Shown: positions 1 to 13,127, counted from the first letter of the stretch. The stretch is DNA of 64,000 bases from Eledone cirrhosa (GCA_964016885.1 OZ024746.1:50964001-51028000), one strand, 5' to 3'. Notes: a model not told the origin generated them from the sequence alone. Program-made: numbers and translations.

Positions 1-430
1 ATGTAGAATTATTGTATGTAATCTTACCGCGTAATGTAGCTCAACTTTTTCCAATATATGGTATGTTGCCTTCATGTAAGCCGTAATTACACACGTCCGA
101 TTATCGGACACTGACCACAACGGTCGCCATTATGTATGATCTTCTTTAAAAGATGTATGTATGTATGTATGTATGTATGTATGTATGTATGTATGTATGT
201 ATGTATGTATGTATGTATGTATGTATACGTACATACATATATGTATACAGACGTACAGTAGTATGTATATATATACACATACATGCACACATATATATAT
301 GCACGTATCGGTTTACCGAACATTTATTATAATGCTCGGTTTGTTTGTTTGTAAACAAACAAACAGCCCGAATTACGCCGTACAGTGTTTAGGCAACCAC
401 GTCACCTTTTTGTTCAACACTGACACAGGA

Positions 431-473
431 ACGATGTACTAGTTTCAAGCTTATTAGCTATCGTCAGCATCGT
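431..473 (-). ncRNA. Minimal type I hammerhead motif (inverted copy of 701-743)
   Basis: Exact reverse complement of 701-743. Confidence 0.8.
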
Positions 474-700
474 ATACCTTCCTGCCAGATGGTTGAACGT
501 CTGAAAGTATATACTTTCCTTATGCATATTAACGGCTGAGCAGCCTAATTTGCATATCGAGTGAGTTCAGTCGGCCGGGCGCACCGAAAACGATAAATGG
601 AATAGAATGAAACGAAATTTCATTTCTCACTCTTAGTACGGCACTTATGCATAAGGAAAGTATATACTTTCAAACGTTCAACCATCTGGCAGGAAGGTAT

Positions 701-743
701 ACGATGCTGACGATAGCTAATAAGCTTGAAACTAGTACATCGT
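701..743 (+). ncRNA. Minimal type I hammerhead ribozyme motif
   Basis: acgatg-CTGACGA-tagctaataagctt-GAAA-ctag-TA-catcgt: helix I acgatg/catcgt, helix II agct/agct, palindromic helix III. Confidence 0.8.
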
Positions 744-952
744 TCCTGTGTCAGTGTTGAACAAAAAGGTGACGTGGTTGCCTAAACACTGTACGGTGTA
801 ATTCGGGCTGTTTGTTTGTTTACAAACAAACAAACCGAGCACTATAATAAATGTTCGGTAAACCGATACGTGCATATATATATGTGTGCATGTATGTATA
901 TATATACATACCACTTTACGTCTGTATATATATATGTACGTATACATACATA

Positions 953-1087
<135 letters not shown>

Positions 1088-1196
1088 AATTAGTATATCT
1101 ACTCACATAAATATACAGATGCATACCTATGCCAGCAAATATATAGGTTTTGTCTTAGTAACTTTGTGGTTCAATGCATGGGGATGCAGAACAATA

Positions 1197-1587
<391 letters not shown>

Positions 1588-1689
1588 ATATATATGTATA
1601 TATATGTATATATATGTATATATATATATAAATACATATATTATTCAAAATATTAATAAATGAATACGTTCACATAATCAAAATATATG

Positions 1690-1751
1690 TTTTATTATAT
1701 ATATTTCGGAGGTACTGTGCTGTTTTTTCAGTACGCCCTCATCAGATAAAA
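1690..1751 (-). ncRNA. Type I hammerhead motif
   Basis: Minus strand: ttttat-CTGATGA-gggcgtactg...cagtacctcc-GAAA-tatata-TA-ataaaa. Confidence 0.72.
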
Positions 1752-2120
1752 TATATGAATTGATAACTGTCTTGATGGTTCAATTCCAGTCTTGGTAGTG
1801 ATTTATTACAACAAATCTCAATATTTATATACACAAATAATAACATGATAAACTTAAATATGATGAAGAAGAGGATGGTCGGGTCCTCGGCGACTAAACC
1901 GGCAATCCCACCTAGTTTACTTGGTGAGGATGGTGATTTTGGACACCCTGCAGGACAAAAAACAAAACCTGACAAAGAGCGGAAGAACTCATAAGAGTCA
2001 ACGGCCATCCAAAAGTGTGTAAATGTGTTTATACACATGTACATATGTATGTATATGTATATGTGTATATACATGCGCGGGGACGTAGAAATAGTCGGGC
2101 TTGACACCCAATCCCGCGGT

Positions 2121-2432
2121 TAAACCACTGGGAGTGAAGGACCTTTAGCCTTTGTCAGGGCATTCTTCTAGGAGAAGGGAACTCAGGAAACTGCGATAAC
2201 TCTGATATAAAACCTGCAGCTCAGTAGTTACCGATGATGTTGATCTTTTCTTCTTTTCGGGTTATAGCTACTGTCGCTCAGAGAGTGGGATTGGCTCAGT
2301 GCACAGTCTTTCCTCACTTTAAAAAATATCTTCACGCACAGGCATTGCACGATAGAATTAATTAATAATTATTAATAATGGTATATCGTACCATACTCGT
2401 ATATACCATACTCGATAACCAGGGGGCAGCCA
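2121..2432 (+). repeat. Dispersed repeat of unknown class, second copy at 12880-13378
   Basis: Shared TAAACCACTGGGAG...GGCATTGYACGATAGAATTAATTAATAAT. The second copy is interrupted by a SINE. Confidence 0.8.
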
Positions 2433-2505
2433 TTATGTATGTTTGGATGTTTCTATGCATGCATGTAGGCATGTATGTATGTATTTATCATTCGTTAATC
2501 TACAG

Positions 2506-2813
2506 CAGAGGTTCTCAAAGTGGGCACTACCACCCTCCAAGGGAGGGGGGCATTGAGAAGGTCGGGGGGGGGGGGGGGTAAGATGATATAATAGTTTGTT
2601 AAATATCAAATGATACATATATATAAATATATAATATTTATTTATACATAGTATATATTATATTATTTAGTATATATAAATGATTTTATTTATTATATAT
2701 TATTTACAATTTGCGTATAGGCACGTCTCTCTGGAAATAGAGCTGGAGAAGGGGGCTGGGTGTATTACGAGTCCCTGAGCGGGGTGGTGGCCAAAAAACT
2801 TTGAGAACCTCTG
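2506..2813. mobile_element. Non-autonomous hAT (Charlie-like) MITE
   Basis: 16-bp TIR CAGAGGTTCTCAAAGT / ACTTTGAGAACCTCTG. 8-bp TSD ATCTACAG / ATCTAGAG (7/8 match, NTCTAGAN-type). Confidence 0.85.
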
Positions 2814-2820
2814 ATCTAGA

Positions 2821-3830
2821 GAATGCCTTAACAGGATTTCTCGCTCTGCAATCAATCAAGTGCTCAAGAAACTAGGTGTAGAAAAATTGCGAGCGATGTA
2901 AAAACCATGTATAGTCACGTGAGAGTTAGCGATGAGAGTTGTTTTAATTCCTTCATTTTCCTCTGGTTTTCATTGTTCTCCACACTATAACAGAAGTTTA
3001 AGACTGGTTGCTTATGGGAACTGCTGTATGCTGATGACATAATCCATAAAGCTGATTCTATTGAAGATTTATAGGCGAAATTCTAAACATGGAAGCATAA
3101 CCTGGAATCAAATGTCTGAAAGTAACTTTTTTTCAAAAATTAATCTTAATAAGTAGGAAAGAAGGCCGCACTCTGATACTCTCATGGAAATGGCGTTGCT
3201 CGATATGTCGAAAAGGAGTGGTCAAAAATGGATACACAAGAGATATACTGACATTACAGGCAGTTAAACAGGGAGGGTAGATTTTGTATGTAACAGATGC
3301 ACAGGAGAAATATGAACTAAGAACACACGTAAAATAAATTCGCTCAATTGTTTGGCTTTTGTCAGCGTCCTAATCTGCGATAGAGGAAGGTACTCCAAAA
3401 ACATAGTGGCTAGAGTAAGAATCATCTGGAAGAATTTCAGGGAACTATTACCTCTTTTGGTAACAAGAGTAGATTTGTGAGGGAACTGCGGTGGTACATA
3501 GCAATGAAACAGAGGACTTGGTGGCAAATGGTTTGCGAAGTCTTGAAAGAAATTAAGCGAGTATCCCTCTGAGGTTGTGTAATATTATAATAATGGTTTG
3601 AGAGAAAAAAAAGTATCAGAAGAATTAGGATGTGCGCAGGAACGACGACTGCACTGACACGGGTATATGATACGTATGGAAGATGACAACTGTATAAAGA
3701 AATGCATAGAAATTTCATTGGTTGGCACTTGGGATGAAGTAGTGAATCTCACAAGGAAAATGACAAAGGACCGCGCAGAATGGGGATATGTGGTACTAGA
3801 AATGACCCACCAGAATAAGTAAGACGTTAA
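2821..3830 (+). mobile_element. Decayed RTE-like LINE, RT and C-terminal region
   Basis: TGCLWELLYADDI at ~3003-3041 and IVARVRIIWKNFRELLPLLVTR at ~3403, with many stops and frameshifts. Confidence 0.72.
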
Positions 3831-4502
3831 ATTTGCCCCTATTAACTCCCACATTTCTTAAGGTTTACTTTTTTTATAGACTCCATTCATCTATAATTGC
3901 AACCATATAGCAGGATGTGACATTAGACCCTTCTATATCTGATCCCCTCACTCATCATTCTTTGTTAATGTTCTATCCATCACTGTTCCTTTTCACTCTC
4001 TAAAACCTTACGTCCCACTTCTTCAAGACTGCTCTATTTCATGCGACCACAATTACCATACGTTTCTCTTCCATCTTAAGTCCCAGCTTCACTCAAGGAC
4101 ACGTCTACCTTTGGAAAGGACAACCTTACCAGTATTTGTGCGGCTACGAACTGCACTCAGTACTCTCCGTGAAGCGATTGACTTTTTAACCGGTAACAAC
4201 ATATAAGGGAAGGCTCTTGTGTAAGTATATGACCTGTTAACGTTACTGGAGTTGGGGCCATGACAAAATGCTCTCTATGTAAGATGTTAGGAAGGGCATT
4301 AACTCACATACACTCTCCCATCATATGTTATATTACACACATACACACACACATATATATGGAAGTTCGCTTAGCAGCTACAGGGCTCTGGGTTGAGTCA
4401 CACTGCGAGGCACTTAGTATATACTACTATAGTAATGGGCTGATCAATTCCTTGTGAGAATTTAGTATTAAACAGTAGAAGCTCGTCGTATATATATATA
4501 AA

Positions 4503-4645
<143 letters not shown>

Positions 4646-4745
4646 CAAAAGATGTCAACATGAATGGACCTGTTATTTTTATCTAAAGACATTTTTTCCA
4701 ATTCCATCCGGCCCGTCCCCTCAATCTATTTTATTTCTCATTATT

Positions 4746-4781
4746 TCTTCTGATGAAGGACTAGCGTCCGAAACGTTAAGA
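4746..4781 (+). ncRNA. Minimal type I hammerhead motif
   Basis: tctt-CTGATGA-aggactagcgtcc-GAAA-cg-TT-aaga: helix II GGAC/GTCC. Confidence 0.8.
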
Positions 4782-4867
4782 CCCTGTTTCTGCTATATCA
4801 AGCGTTAACCTAATATATACCTTCCATATACTGTACCGATTGTGTTTTTATTTCTGTTTACCTTTTA

Positions 4868-4940
<73 letters not shown>

Positions 4941-4946
<6 letters not shown>

Positions 4947-5506
4947 GACGTAAAATAATAAAATTATAAAAATTAACTTACTTACTAAAATTTCACTCCA
5001 ACTAATTAGTTTCTGAAAGGGAATAAACATGGTTTTCGAATGGAACACATGGAGAATGCCTTTCGTCATCAGGAAGTCAATTCTCAGCTAAGTTCCCAGG
5101 CGATGCGTGAACACAGGGAACTTATACAAGAATAATTCAGTGGATGGAAAAAAGCAAACGTGGACTAAATTCCAAGACATTGAAAAAATCACTGCCTACT
5201 TGGTCGGTGGCAAATTCAAAAAATTCAATCACGTGACATCGAGGTTAATCAGTGAGGAGTAGGGTGTTAAGAAGACAGTAGCCGAACTATTACTATGAAC
5301 TATAGTAGCAGTTTTGTCAAATTTTTGCTCAACAAAATAATTTGGAGATAATTATAAAGAATTAGTATATCTACCAACATATATATACAGATGCATACCC
5401 ATGCTAGCAAATATATAGGTTTTGTCTTAGTAACTTTGTGGTTCAATGCAAGGGGATGCAGAACAATTATATGAAAGACGTAAAATAAGAAAATTATAAA
5501 AATTAA

Positions 5507-5510
<4 letters not shown>
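4941..5510 (-). mobile_element. Non-coding 530-bp unit with ~40-bp terminal direct repeat and a hammerhead (4995-5077); pLTR- or retrozyme-like
   Basis: ATGAAAGACGTAAAATAA occurs at 4941 and 5471. The unit is flanked by (TA)n. Minus strand: acttc-CTGATGA-cgaaagg...cctttca-GAAA-ctaattag-TT-ggagt. Confidence 0.65.
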
Positions 5511-5579
<69 letters not shown>

Positions 5580-5839
5580 CGATAATGTTTCTAGGTTGTC
5601 TCCCTTGATTTTTAAAAACCAGAATTAGTCGTTTAGTTTACATATTGAGACCCAACCCATCCAATTTATTTTATAACGTATGGGATTTCTTGTAATGTTC
5701 TTTTTTGTCATGTATAATGTTTTTTAATGTCTAAAGAAAATTAATTATCACAGGAATGCTTCCACTTAAAATAAAATTTTGCCTGAGATAGATTAGCAAA
5801 ATTTAAAAAGCGGGCGAACAATGAAGCCTCATTTCTTTT

Positions 5840-6440
5840 GATCAGAACCTGGGAAGATGGTCTCTGCACGAAGCTTGTGTGACATTTGCTGTATGGGAGG
5901 TGGCTCCATCCTGTTGGAAGGTCCACAGATAAACATTGCCAACATAATTAGTTGCAGAAGCATGCATAGGCTCCAGAATACTGTTTATGTAAGATTGGGA
6001 GCTGATTTTTGTCCTTTCTTCCACAAAAATGAGAGAAGACCGCCAACATGATGCAACAGCATCCAGACCATATCAGAAGCTGGTTTCATTGCATGGAATA
6101 CAGATCTTGAGTCAACACTGATTGCTGATGCTTTCTTTTCAATGACTCGATCAATTCTTCGGTTTGTCTGATCAACAGAGAAAATCTTTTCATCTCTCCA
6201 GACAATTTCCCCCTCAATACCACGTTTCATTTCTTTTAGTAAATTCTTGCTTCTCTCTAGCCTTTTATATTTTGTCTTTTCAGAAAGAGTTTGTCTTTTC
6301 TGAAGGGCGAAGGAAGAAATTCACACGTCATCATTTATGATCCTTTTCATTGTTCTAGGTCTTACTCCGGACCAATTTTGCCATTTTTCTCATGGCCCTA
6401 TTCGGATTTCTTCTTATCCTTTCTCGAACAACTTTAATGA
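5840..6440 (-). mobile_element. Decayed Tc1/mariner-superfamily transposase (maT/DD37D-like)
   Basis: IVWRDEKIFSV (first catalytic D) and WTFQQDGATSHTANVTQ (second D) lie in different frames. Confidence 0.78.
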
Positions 6441-6523
6441 GAGTAGGAGTCTGTTCAACCGATGTCGGAGATTGCTCAACGTATAATAAAGTGTGTTTTA
6501 AAATCCGGAGAAAATATGAAGAA

Positions 6524-7608
6524 GAAGTTTATGAAACGGAAATGCGGGTATAAAGAATTTATTAGGTAACAATTGTTTCTATAGTGTATGGGTTACCTAT
6601 ACCTCGCTATTTGTATAATATAAAAATATTATCATAAATCGTAGGTACACTGTAAGAAAACACACCATGTCGTCAGACCTTTGTAGTAGAATGATATGAA
6701 AATATTTTATACACTAGATATAAGAGAAAGAAGGAGGTAGGAAGGGAAGAGGAAGAGGGAAGCGAGTAAAGGGGAGGGAGTCTTAGGATTTAAGACTGTC
6801 AGAGTAGTAGAGATTGTAAGGAGAAAATGCTTTGACAGCAGTTAGCTTAATGAGGCGTGTTAGGGTTGGCGGGGGAAGTAAATTCTTCTAGTGGTGTTGT
6901 TTGGACAAAATTTAGTTAAAGGGGTCAAAGTAGTATAGAATTACAGACAAGTTATTGGGGCTATTATAGTAGCAGGTTATTTCTAAAGGAGTCCAAAAAA
7001 CAGTGTTTAGTACTATTATTATAGAAAGCCATATCGTGTGTATAAACATATAAAACAGAAATTTGCAAACGGTGGTGTAAAAAGGTAACATTACATGCAT
7101 TTAAAAAAAGAAAAGGTCGTTTTCAAACGATGGTTACAGTAAAGTGAACGTTCAATTTTGCTGTTCAAAAGTTTGTTTTCCGACGTTAAAATGCAGTATA
7201 TCTCCATATTGTATAATTTACAGAATTGATGATTTTGCTTATATGCAGGCGCAGCTGCAATAATTTGCCAATCAAGGGAGAATGCTTGATTATTCCTCCG
7301 AAGCTGCCAGGCTTTATCGGCGAGGGTTGTTACGGAGCGCATTTTCTCATGCCTGATCGAAGATAGATGTTGGTATAGGCGAGCTTTGAAAGATGTTGCG
7401 GTACATCCGACGTAATACCATTTGTTGGTATTTTCATATCATTCTACTACAAAGGTCTGACGACATGGTGTGTTTTCTTACAGTGTAGCTACGATTTATG
7501 ATAATATTTTTATATTATACAAATAGCGAGGTATAGGTAACCCATACACTATAGAAACAATTGTTACCTAATAAATTCTTTATACCCGCATTTCCGTTTC
7601 ATAAACTT
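6524..7608 (-). mobile_element. 5'-truncated Penelope-like element: GIY-YIG C-terminus flanked by inverted pLTRs
   Basis: 7091-7438 minus strand reads YENTNKWYYVGCTATSFKARLYQH...TTLADKAWQL...CKLYNME...LLNSKIERSLYCNH. Inverted arms at 6524-6703 / 7429-7608. Confidence 0.85.
7453..7569 (+). ncRNA. Hammerhead motif with a long helix II insertion (inverted copy at 6564-6680)
   Basis: aggt-CTGACGA-catggtgtg...tacactata-GAAA-caattg-TT-acct. Confidence 0.6.
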
Positions 7609-7789
7609 ATTCTTTATATATATATATATATATACATTTACATATATATATATAGAGAGAGAGAAAGAGAGAGGGAAAGAGAGAGATATATATATGAGTA
7701 CATTTTATATAGTGACACACACACACACACACACAAACACACACATGGTGACGCACCAACAAACTCATAGTGATACAGGCATTAAATTT

Positions 7790-8105
7790 CATACATATCG
7801 AAGACCCACTTCGGCCACGAATGACCATGTGATTTGCACCTAGAAAGTTTCCCTCCGAGGCACAAGTGCGTGTGTGTCCGAGCGAGGTTGTTTGAGGAAG
7901 ACCAACAGTCGCCCATGTTGTCCAAGGAAAAGGCTACGGTCAATACAGCTTGGCACCAGTGACGTCGCAGCTCATGTTTACAGCTGGAAAAGCGTGAAAT
8001 AAAGTGTCTTGCTGAAGGACACAACACATCACCCGGTCCGAGAATCGCACTCACAACCTTTCGATTGCAAGCCCAATGTTCTAACCACTAAGCCATACGC
8101 CTTCA
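7790..8105 (-). mobile_element. tRNA-derived SINE (family B)
   Basis: Minus strand head GGCGTATGGCTTAGTGGTTAGA (A box), then a degenerate B box, then TTGTGTCCTTCAGCAAGACACTT. Confidence 0.7.
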
Positions 8106-8295
8106 CACATTAACACACACATTAATACATATACAGTAACAAAACACACTGTGATACAAACACAACAACACACACCAACACACACGTATAGACAGTACCG
8201 CATGCACACACATTAATACATATACAGTACGAAGTACACAATGACACATACCAACACACACAGAATGACACACACTCACACAAAATTACATACAC

Positions 8296-8531
8296 GAAGA
8301 AGAAGAAGAAGAAGAAGAAGAAGAAGAAGAAGAAGAAGAAGAAGAAGAAGAAGAAGAAGAAGAAGAAGAAGAAGAAGAGGGAAGAAGAAGAAGGAGAATA
8401 AGTGGAAGGAGTAGAAGAAGAAGGAATAAGAAGTGGAAGAAGAAGAAGAAGAAGAAGAAGAAGAAGAAGAAGAAGAAGAAGAAGAAGAAGAAGAAGAAGA
8501 AGATGATTAAGAAGGAGAAGAAGAAGAAGAT

Positions 8532-8562
<31 letters not shown>

Positions 8563-9080
8563 AAGAAGAAGAAGAAGAAGAAGAAGAAGAAGAAGAAGAA
8601 ATAGTAGAAGAGGAAGAAGTAGTAGTAGAAGAAGAAGTAGAAGAAGTGGGAAGAAGAAGAAGTAGAAGAAGAGAAAGGAGAGGAAGAAGTAGAAGAAGAA
8701 GAAGAAGAAGTGGGAAGAAGAAGAAGAACTAGAAGAAGTGGGAAGAAGAAGTAGTAATAGTAGTAGTAGAAGAAGAAAAAGAAAAAAAGAAGAAGAAGAA
8801 GAAGAAGGAGGAGAAGAAGAAGGAGAAGAAGAAGAAGGAGGAGAAGAAGAAGAAGAAGAAGAAGAAGAAGAAGAAGAAGAAGAAGAAGAAGAAAGAAAAA
8901 GAAGAAGAGGAAGAAGAAGAAGGAGAGGGAAGAAGAAGAAGAACAAGAAGAAGAAGGAGAAGTAGAAGAAGACGAAGAAGGAGAGGGAAGAAGAAGAAGA
9001 AGAACAAGAAGAGGAAGAAGTAGAAGAAGACGAAGAAGAAGAAGAAGAAGTAGGAGAGGGAAGAAGAAGAAGAAGAAGAA
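8296..9080 (+). repeat. (GAA)n-rich polypurine tract
   Basis: Direct reading: ~780 bp of pure and degenerate GAA. Confidence 0.97.
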
Positions 9081-9246
9081 TGAAAGGCAAAGTCAACCTC
9101 GGCGGGATTTGAACTCAGATCGTAAAGGGACGTAACTATGCTGGAAAGCATGGCGTCCGACCCTCTACCGATACTGCCAATCCACTGCCCTATAATAATA
9201 ATAATAATTGTTTCTACTTTTGGCACAAGGCCAGCAATTACCCAGT
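9079..9246 (-). mobile_element. tRNA-derived SINE family A: head fragment plus the tail of a second copy
   Basis: ATGAAAGGCAAAGTCAACCTCGGCGGGATTTGAACTCAG (B box GAGTTCAAATCC on the minus strand). Confidence 0.8.
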
Positions 9247-9247
9247 G

Positions 9248-9650
9248 TCCACAAGGGCCGACATGTAGGGGACAATACAAAGACAGGTACAGTGGGGGTT
9301 TACAATAAGGTCGAGTAAAAGTGCACAATGGCAAGACTAATTTAACAATGAAAATATAAAAATATAAAATAAACTATGCATAAATATAACAAAATAAATT
9401 CCCCGATAGGGGGTGGACGACCCTGGGGTAACTCGGGTACCCCACCAATCCTGAACCACCCTGCGCTTCTAGGGCACCCAGGGAGAGCACCCCTCTCCTC
9501 AAGTTAGCTAGCCTATAGGCGCATGGTCAGAGTAAGCCTATTCACACGAGCCATTCTCGCCACATTCACCCACCTTTTAGCAAAATGTACTGGGGGGGGG
9601 GGGGGGCAGCACTTCTCTCTCCACCCTCACCTTCCTTTCCAGGTGAAAAT
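9248..9650 (-). mobile_element. Possible 3' end of an L1/Tx1-like LINE
   Basis: Minus strand FHLERKVRVEREVL...F(AK)RW-like motif followed by UTR-like sequence. Recalled similarity only. Confidence 0.4.
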
Positions 9651-9839
9651 AATAATAAGAAGAGGATTAAGAAGAAGAAGAAGAAAGAAGTAGAAAAAGA
9701 AGGAGAAGAAGGAAGGGAAAGAGTGACTGTGGTAAAGGAGGGTTAAATATAAAAACCTGTATAATTTACAGAAACAACTAGAAAATAAATAACACCTGCA
9801 ACTGTCTCTTACTGTCTTTACAGTTGTTATTGTTGTTGT

Positions 9840-9893
<54 letters not shown>

Positions 9894-10064
9894 CATGTCT
9901 TGTTTCTGTTGCGACTGTCGCTGCTGCTGTTGTTGTCGCTGCTGTTGTGGTTGTTGTGGTGTTTGTTGTTATTGTTGTTGTCTCAGATGATATTTATCTG
10001 AATAGTCTCACACCTGGCAAAACAACGCCGACCATATCGTAACTGAATGTCGGAGAGAAACCAA

Positions 10065-10393
10065 CTATATACACACGAACATACACATATATATATATAC
10101 ATACATGCACACACACACGAACACAAACATATATATATATGCATACATACATACATGCACACACACACGCACACGAACACCACACTACACACACGCACAC
10201 GAACACCACACTACACACACACATATATATATATGTATATATGAAATGTGTGTATATATATATATATATATATGTGTATATATATGTACATGTATATATG
10301 TATGTATATATGTATGTATGTATGTACACACAGACATATATATATGTATATATGAAATGTGTATATATATATATATGTGTATATATATATGTG

Positions 10394-10427
<34 letters not shown>

Positions 10428-10514
10428 TGTATGTATGTATGTATGTATGTATGTATGTATGTACATACAGACATATTTATATGTATATATGAAATGTGTA
10501 TATATATATATGTG

Positions 10515-10571
<57 letters not shown>

Positions 10572-10637
10572 CATGTGTGTGTGTGGGAGAGAGTGTATGT
10601 ATGCATATATTTGTATATATACGTATATATATATGTT

Positions 10638-10685
<48 letters not shown>

Positions 10686-10755
10686 CATATATACATATGC
10701 ACATATATATATGTATGTATATATTTATATATATATATACACCACATATATATAC

Positions 10756-10799
<44 letters not shown>

Positions 10800-10865
10800 G
10801 CACATAAATGTATATATATATATACATACACACGCACACACAAACATACACACACACACACACAC

Positions 10866-10898
<33 letters not shown>
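10065..10898. repeat. Compound (TA)/(CA)/(TATG) microsatellite
   Basis: Direct reading. Confidence 0.95.
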
Positions 10899-11024
10899 GG
10901 AGTAAGTAAGACCCCGACGGCTGAGCTCAAGCCGTTTCGACGGCTAATTCTGTACTATTCTTGAGTACAGAATTAGCCGTCGAAACGGCTTGAGCTCAGC
11001 CGTCGGGGTCTTACTTACTCCTAT
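10896..11024. repeat. Perfect ~60-bp-arm hairpin
   Basis: TAGGAGTAAGTAAGACCCCGACGG...CTGTACT-attcttg-AGTACAG...CTTACTTACTCCTA. Confidence 0.92.
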
Positions 11025-11121
11025 TACCCACTCTACTACCCTAAGTATTGAGTACTTTGGTGCGTTATGGTCCACTTGGTTCCTTACCACTTTTCCCTCG
11101 CTATATATATATATATATATA

Positions 11122-12168
11122 TATTGTTATACTTTGGGAGGGTCATGTTGCCAATAAGAAACACACGCACCAGTTGCTTTCACTTCAATTTATTATATAT
11201 TTATAAATTTACAAATTTATAAATTTCTGGTTGGTTGGTTGGTTCCACAACCAGATAGTTGTTTATATATAGTCATAGTTCTTTCGTCACACACTCTGTG
11301 ACCTCTTCAGTGACTGGGCATTCCTTTCTTTGTTTCTGTGCCTCTCCTTTGTTCTGTCCTACGCCATTTTGTTTCTGTGTGTGTGTTGTGTGCTCAGTCT
11401 GCGCATGCGCCACATCCGGGTATCTGTGTGTGTTTATGTTCATTTATCTATTTGTTTATTTACATGTTACTGGTTGGTTGTTTGTTCTATGTGTGTGTGT
11501 GTTTTCATTTTGTTCTTAATTGTAAGTTGTGATGTTGCTGTTCCACTCATATTTTTTATTTAATTTTGGTTGTAATTCTTTTATGTTTATTGCCTAAACA
11601 TTGCGTCTTTTCTGTGTGTAGATTCTATTTTTATTTCTATGTTCTCTAATTTACCCTTGTGTTCTATCTTAGCATGTTGGTAGAGTACAGATGATTCTTT
11701 ATTATCTTGAAGGTCTCGCCAGTGTTCATTTATCCGTTCCCCTACACTACGAGCTGTCTCACCCATGTACACTATATTTTTGTCTCTACATTGTCCTTCA
11801 GTACATCTTATGCTATACACTACATTTCTAGTTTTACAGTTAATATGGGGGCTTATTTTACAGGTTATACATTTCTTATCTATACATGAGGGTCTTTGAA
11901 AAGGGTATGTCTTGCTAATAAGTGTTTTTACGGAGGTACCTGGAGAGGCACAGAAACAAAGAAAGGAATCCCCAGTCACTGAAGAGGTCACAGAGTGTGT
12001 GACGAAATAACTATGACTATATATAAACAACTATCTGGTTGTGGAACCAACCAACCAAACAGAAATTTATAAATTTGTAAATTTATAAATATATAATAAA
12101 TTGAAGTGAAAGCAACTGGTGCGTGTGTTTCTTATTGGCAACATGACCCTCCCAAAGTATAACAATAT
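11122..12168 (-). mobile_element. 5'-truncated Penelope-like element: GIY-YIG endonuclease fragment between inverted pLTRs
   Basis: CITC...NCKTRNVVYSIRC...C...YMGETARSVGERINEH (11587-11940). Inverted arms at 11122-11347 / 11942-12168. Confidence 0.92.
11974..12018 (+). ncRNA. Minimal hammerhead motif in pLTR (inverted copy at 11271-11315)
   Basis: agtca-CTGAAGA-ggtcacagagtgtgtgac-GAAA-taac-TA-tgact. Confidence 0.75.
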
Positions 12169-12234
12169 CGGTTTCAACACACGATTTCAGATAAAGAATC
12201 TTGCTAAACAAATTCAGAAACGAAATATATATAT

Positions 12235-12504
12235 ATATTTATTAAAATAACAGATTAAAGTTTAAGCAAAGAATCGCTGCTTTCACCCTTACCGGGATCT
12301 TCTGAAACTAACAAAGTCAATCTGTAAACGCAGAACTGTATATTTCAAAAAACGTTGCAACCAGAGGAAGACAGGAAGACGATACTTTGGTTCGTGGAAA
12401 CGTTCGCTGGCTAAGAACGGGAAAAAACGAATATAATACGTCATTAATAAGGGTGAAAGCAGCGATTCTTTGCTTAAACTTTAATCTGTTATTTTAATAA
12501 ATAT
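12235..12504. repeat. Inverted repeat with ~57-bp arms
   Basis: 12235-12291 is the reverse complement of 12448-12504. Confidence 0.88.
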
Positions 12505-12702
12505 TTGCTCTACGGTTCTTATATATTTGATATATATTTATCCTTATCGAGCCCTCTTTGGATTTTAGTCTTCAAATTTATTATTATTACTATATATATA
12601 TATATATCTGTGTGTGCGTGAGTGCTTGTGTTTCTGTTTGTGTGTATGTAGGTGTATGTGTAATTACATGCAAATATATCTGGATTTAAATATATGCATA
12701 CG

Positions 12703-12736
<34 letters not shown>

Positions 12737-13127
12737 CATAAACATAAGTGTGTATAAATATACATACATATACATACATATAACATAAGTGTGTATAAAT
12801 ATATTTGTAAATGTTTATATACATATCAGCACATACATAGATAATATATATTTGTATGTATGTATGTATATGTATATGTTAAACCACTGGGAGGGAAGGA
12901 CCCCTAGCCTTCGTCAGGGCATTCTTCTTGGAGAAGGCAACTCAAGAAACTGGGATAAATCCGATATAAAACCTGCGGCTCAGTAGTTACCGATGATGTT
13001 GATCTTTTCTTCTTTTCGGGTTATAGCTATTGTCGCTCAGAGAGTGGGATTGGCTCAGTGCCTTTCCTCATTTAAAAAATATCTTCACGCACAGGCATTG
13101 TACGATAGAATTAATTAATAATTATTA

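Larger units (their letters stand above)
225..950. repeat. ~300-bp inverted repeat (225-528 / 646-950), PLE pseudo-LTR-like
   Basis: Arms are near-perfect reverse complements around a ~117-bp spacer, and each arm carries a hammerhead motif. Confidence 0.9.

Noticed and set aside
3031-3037. CTGATGA as a hammerhead core
   Set aside because: It is part of the YADD codons of the RT remnant, with no closing helices.
12358-12412. Degenerate hammerhead (CCAGAG-GAAGA...GAAACGTTCGCTGG)
   Set aside because: It lacks the CUGA core, so it is too weak to call.
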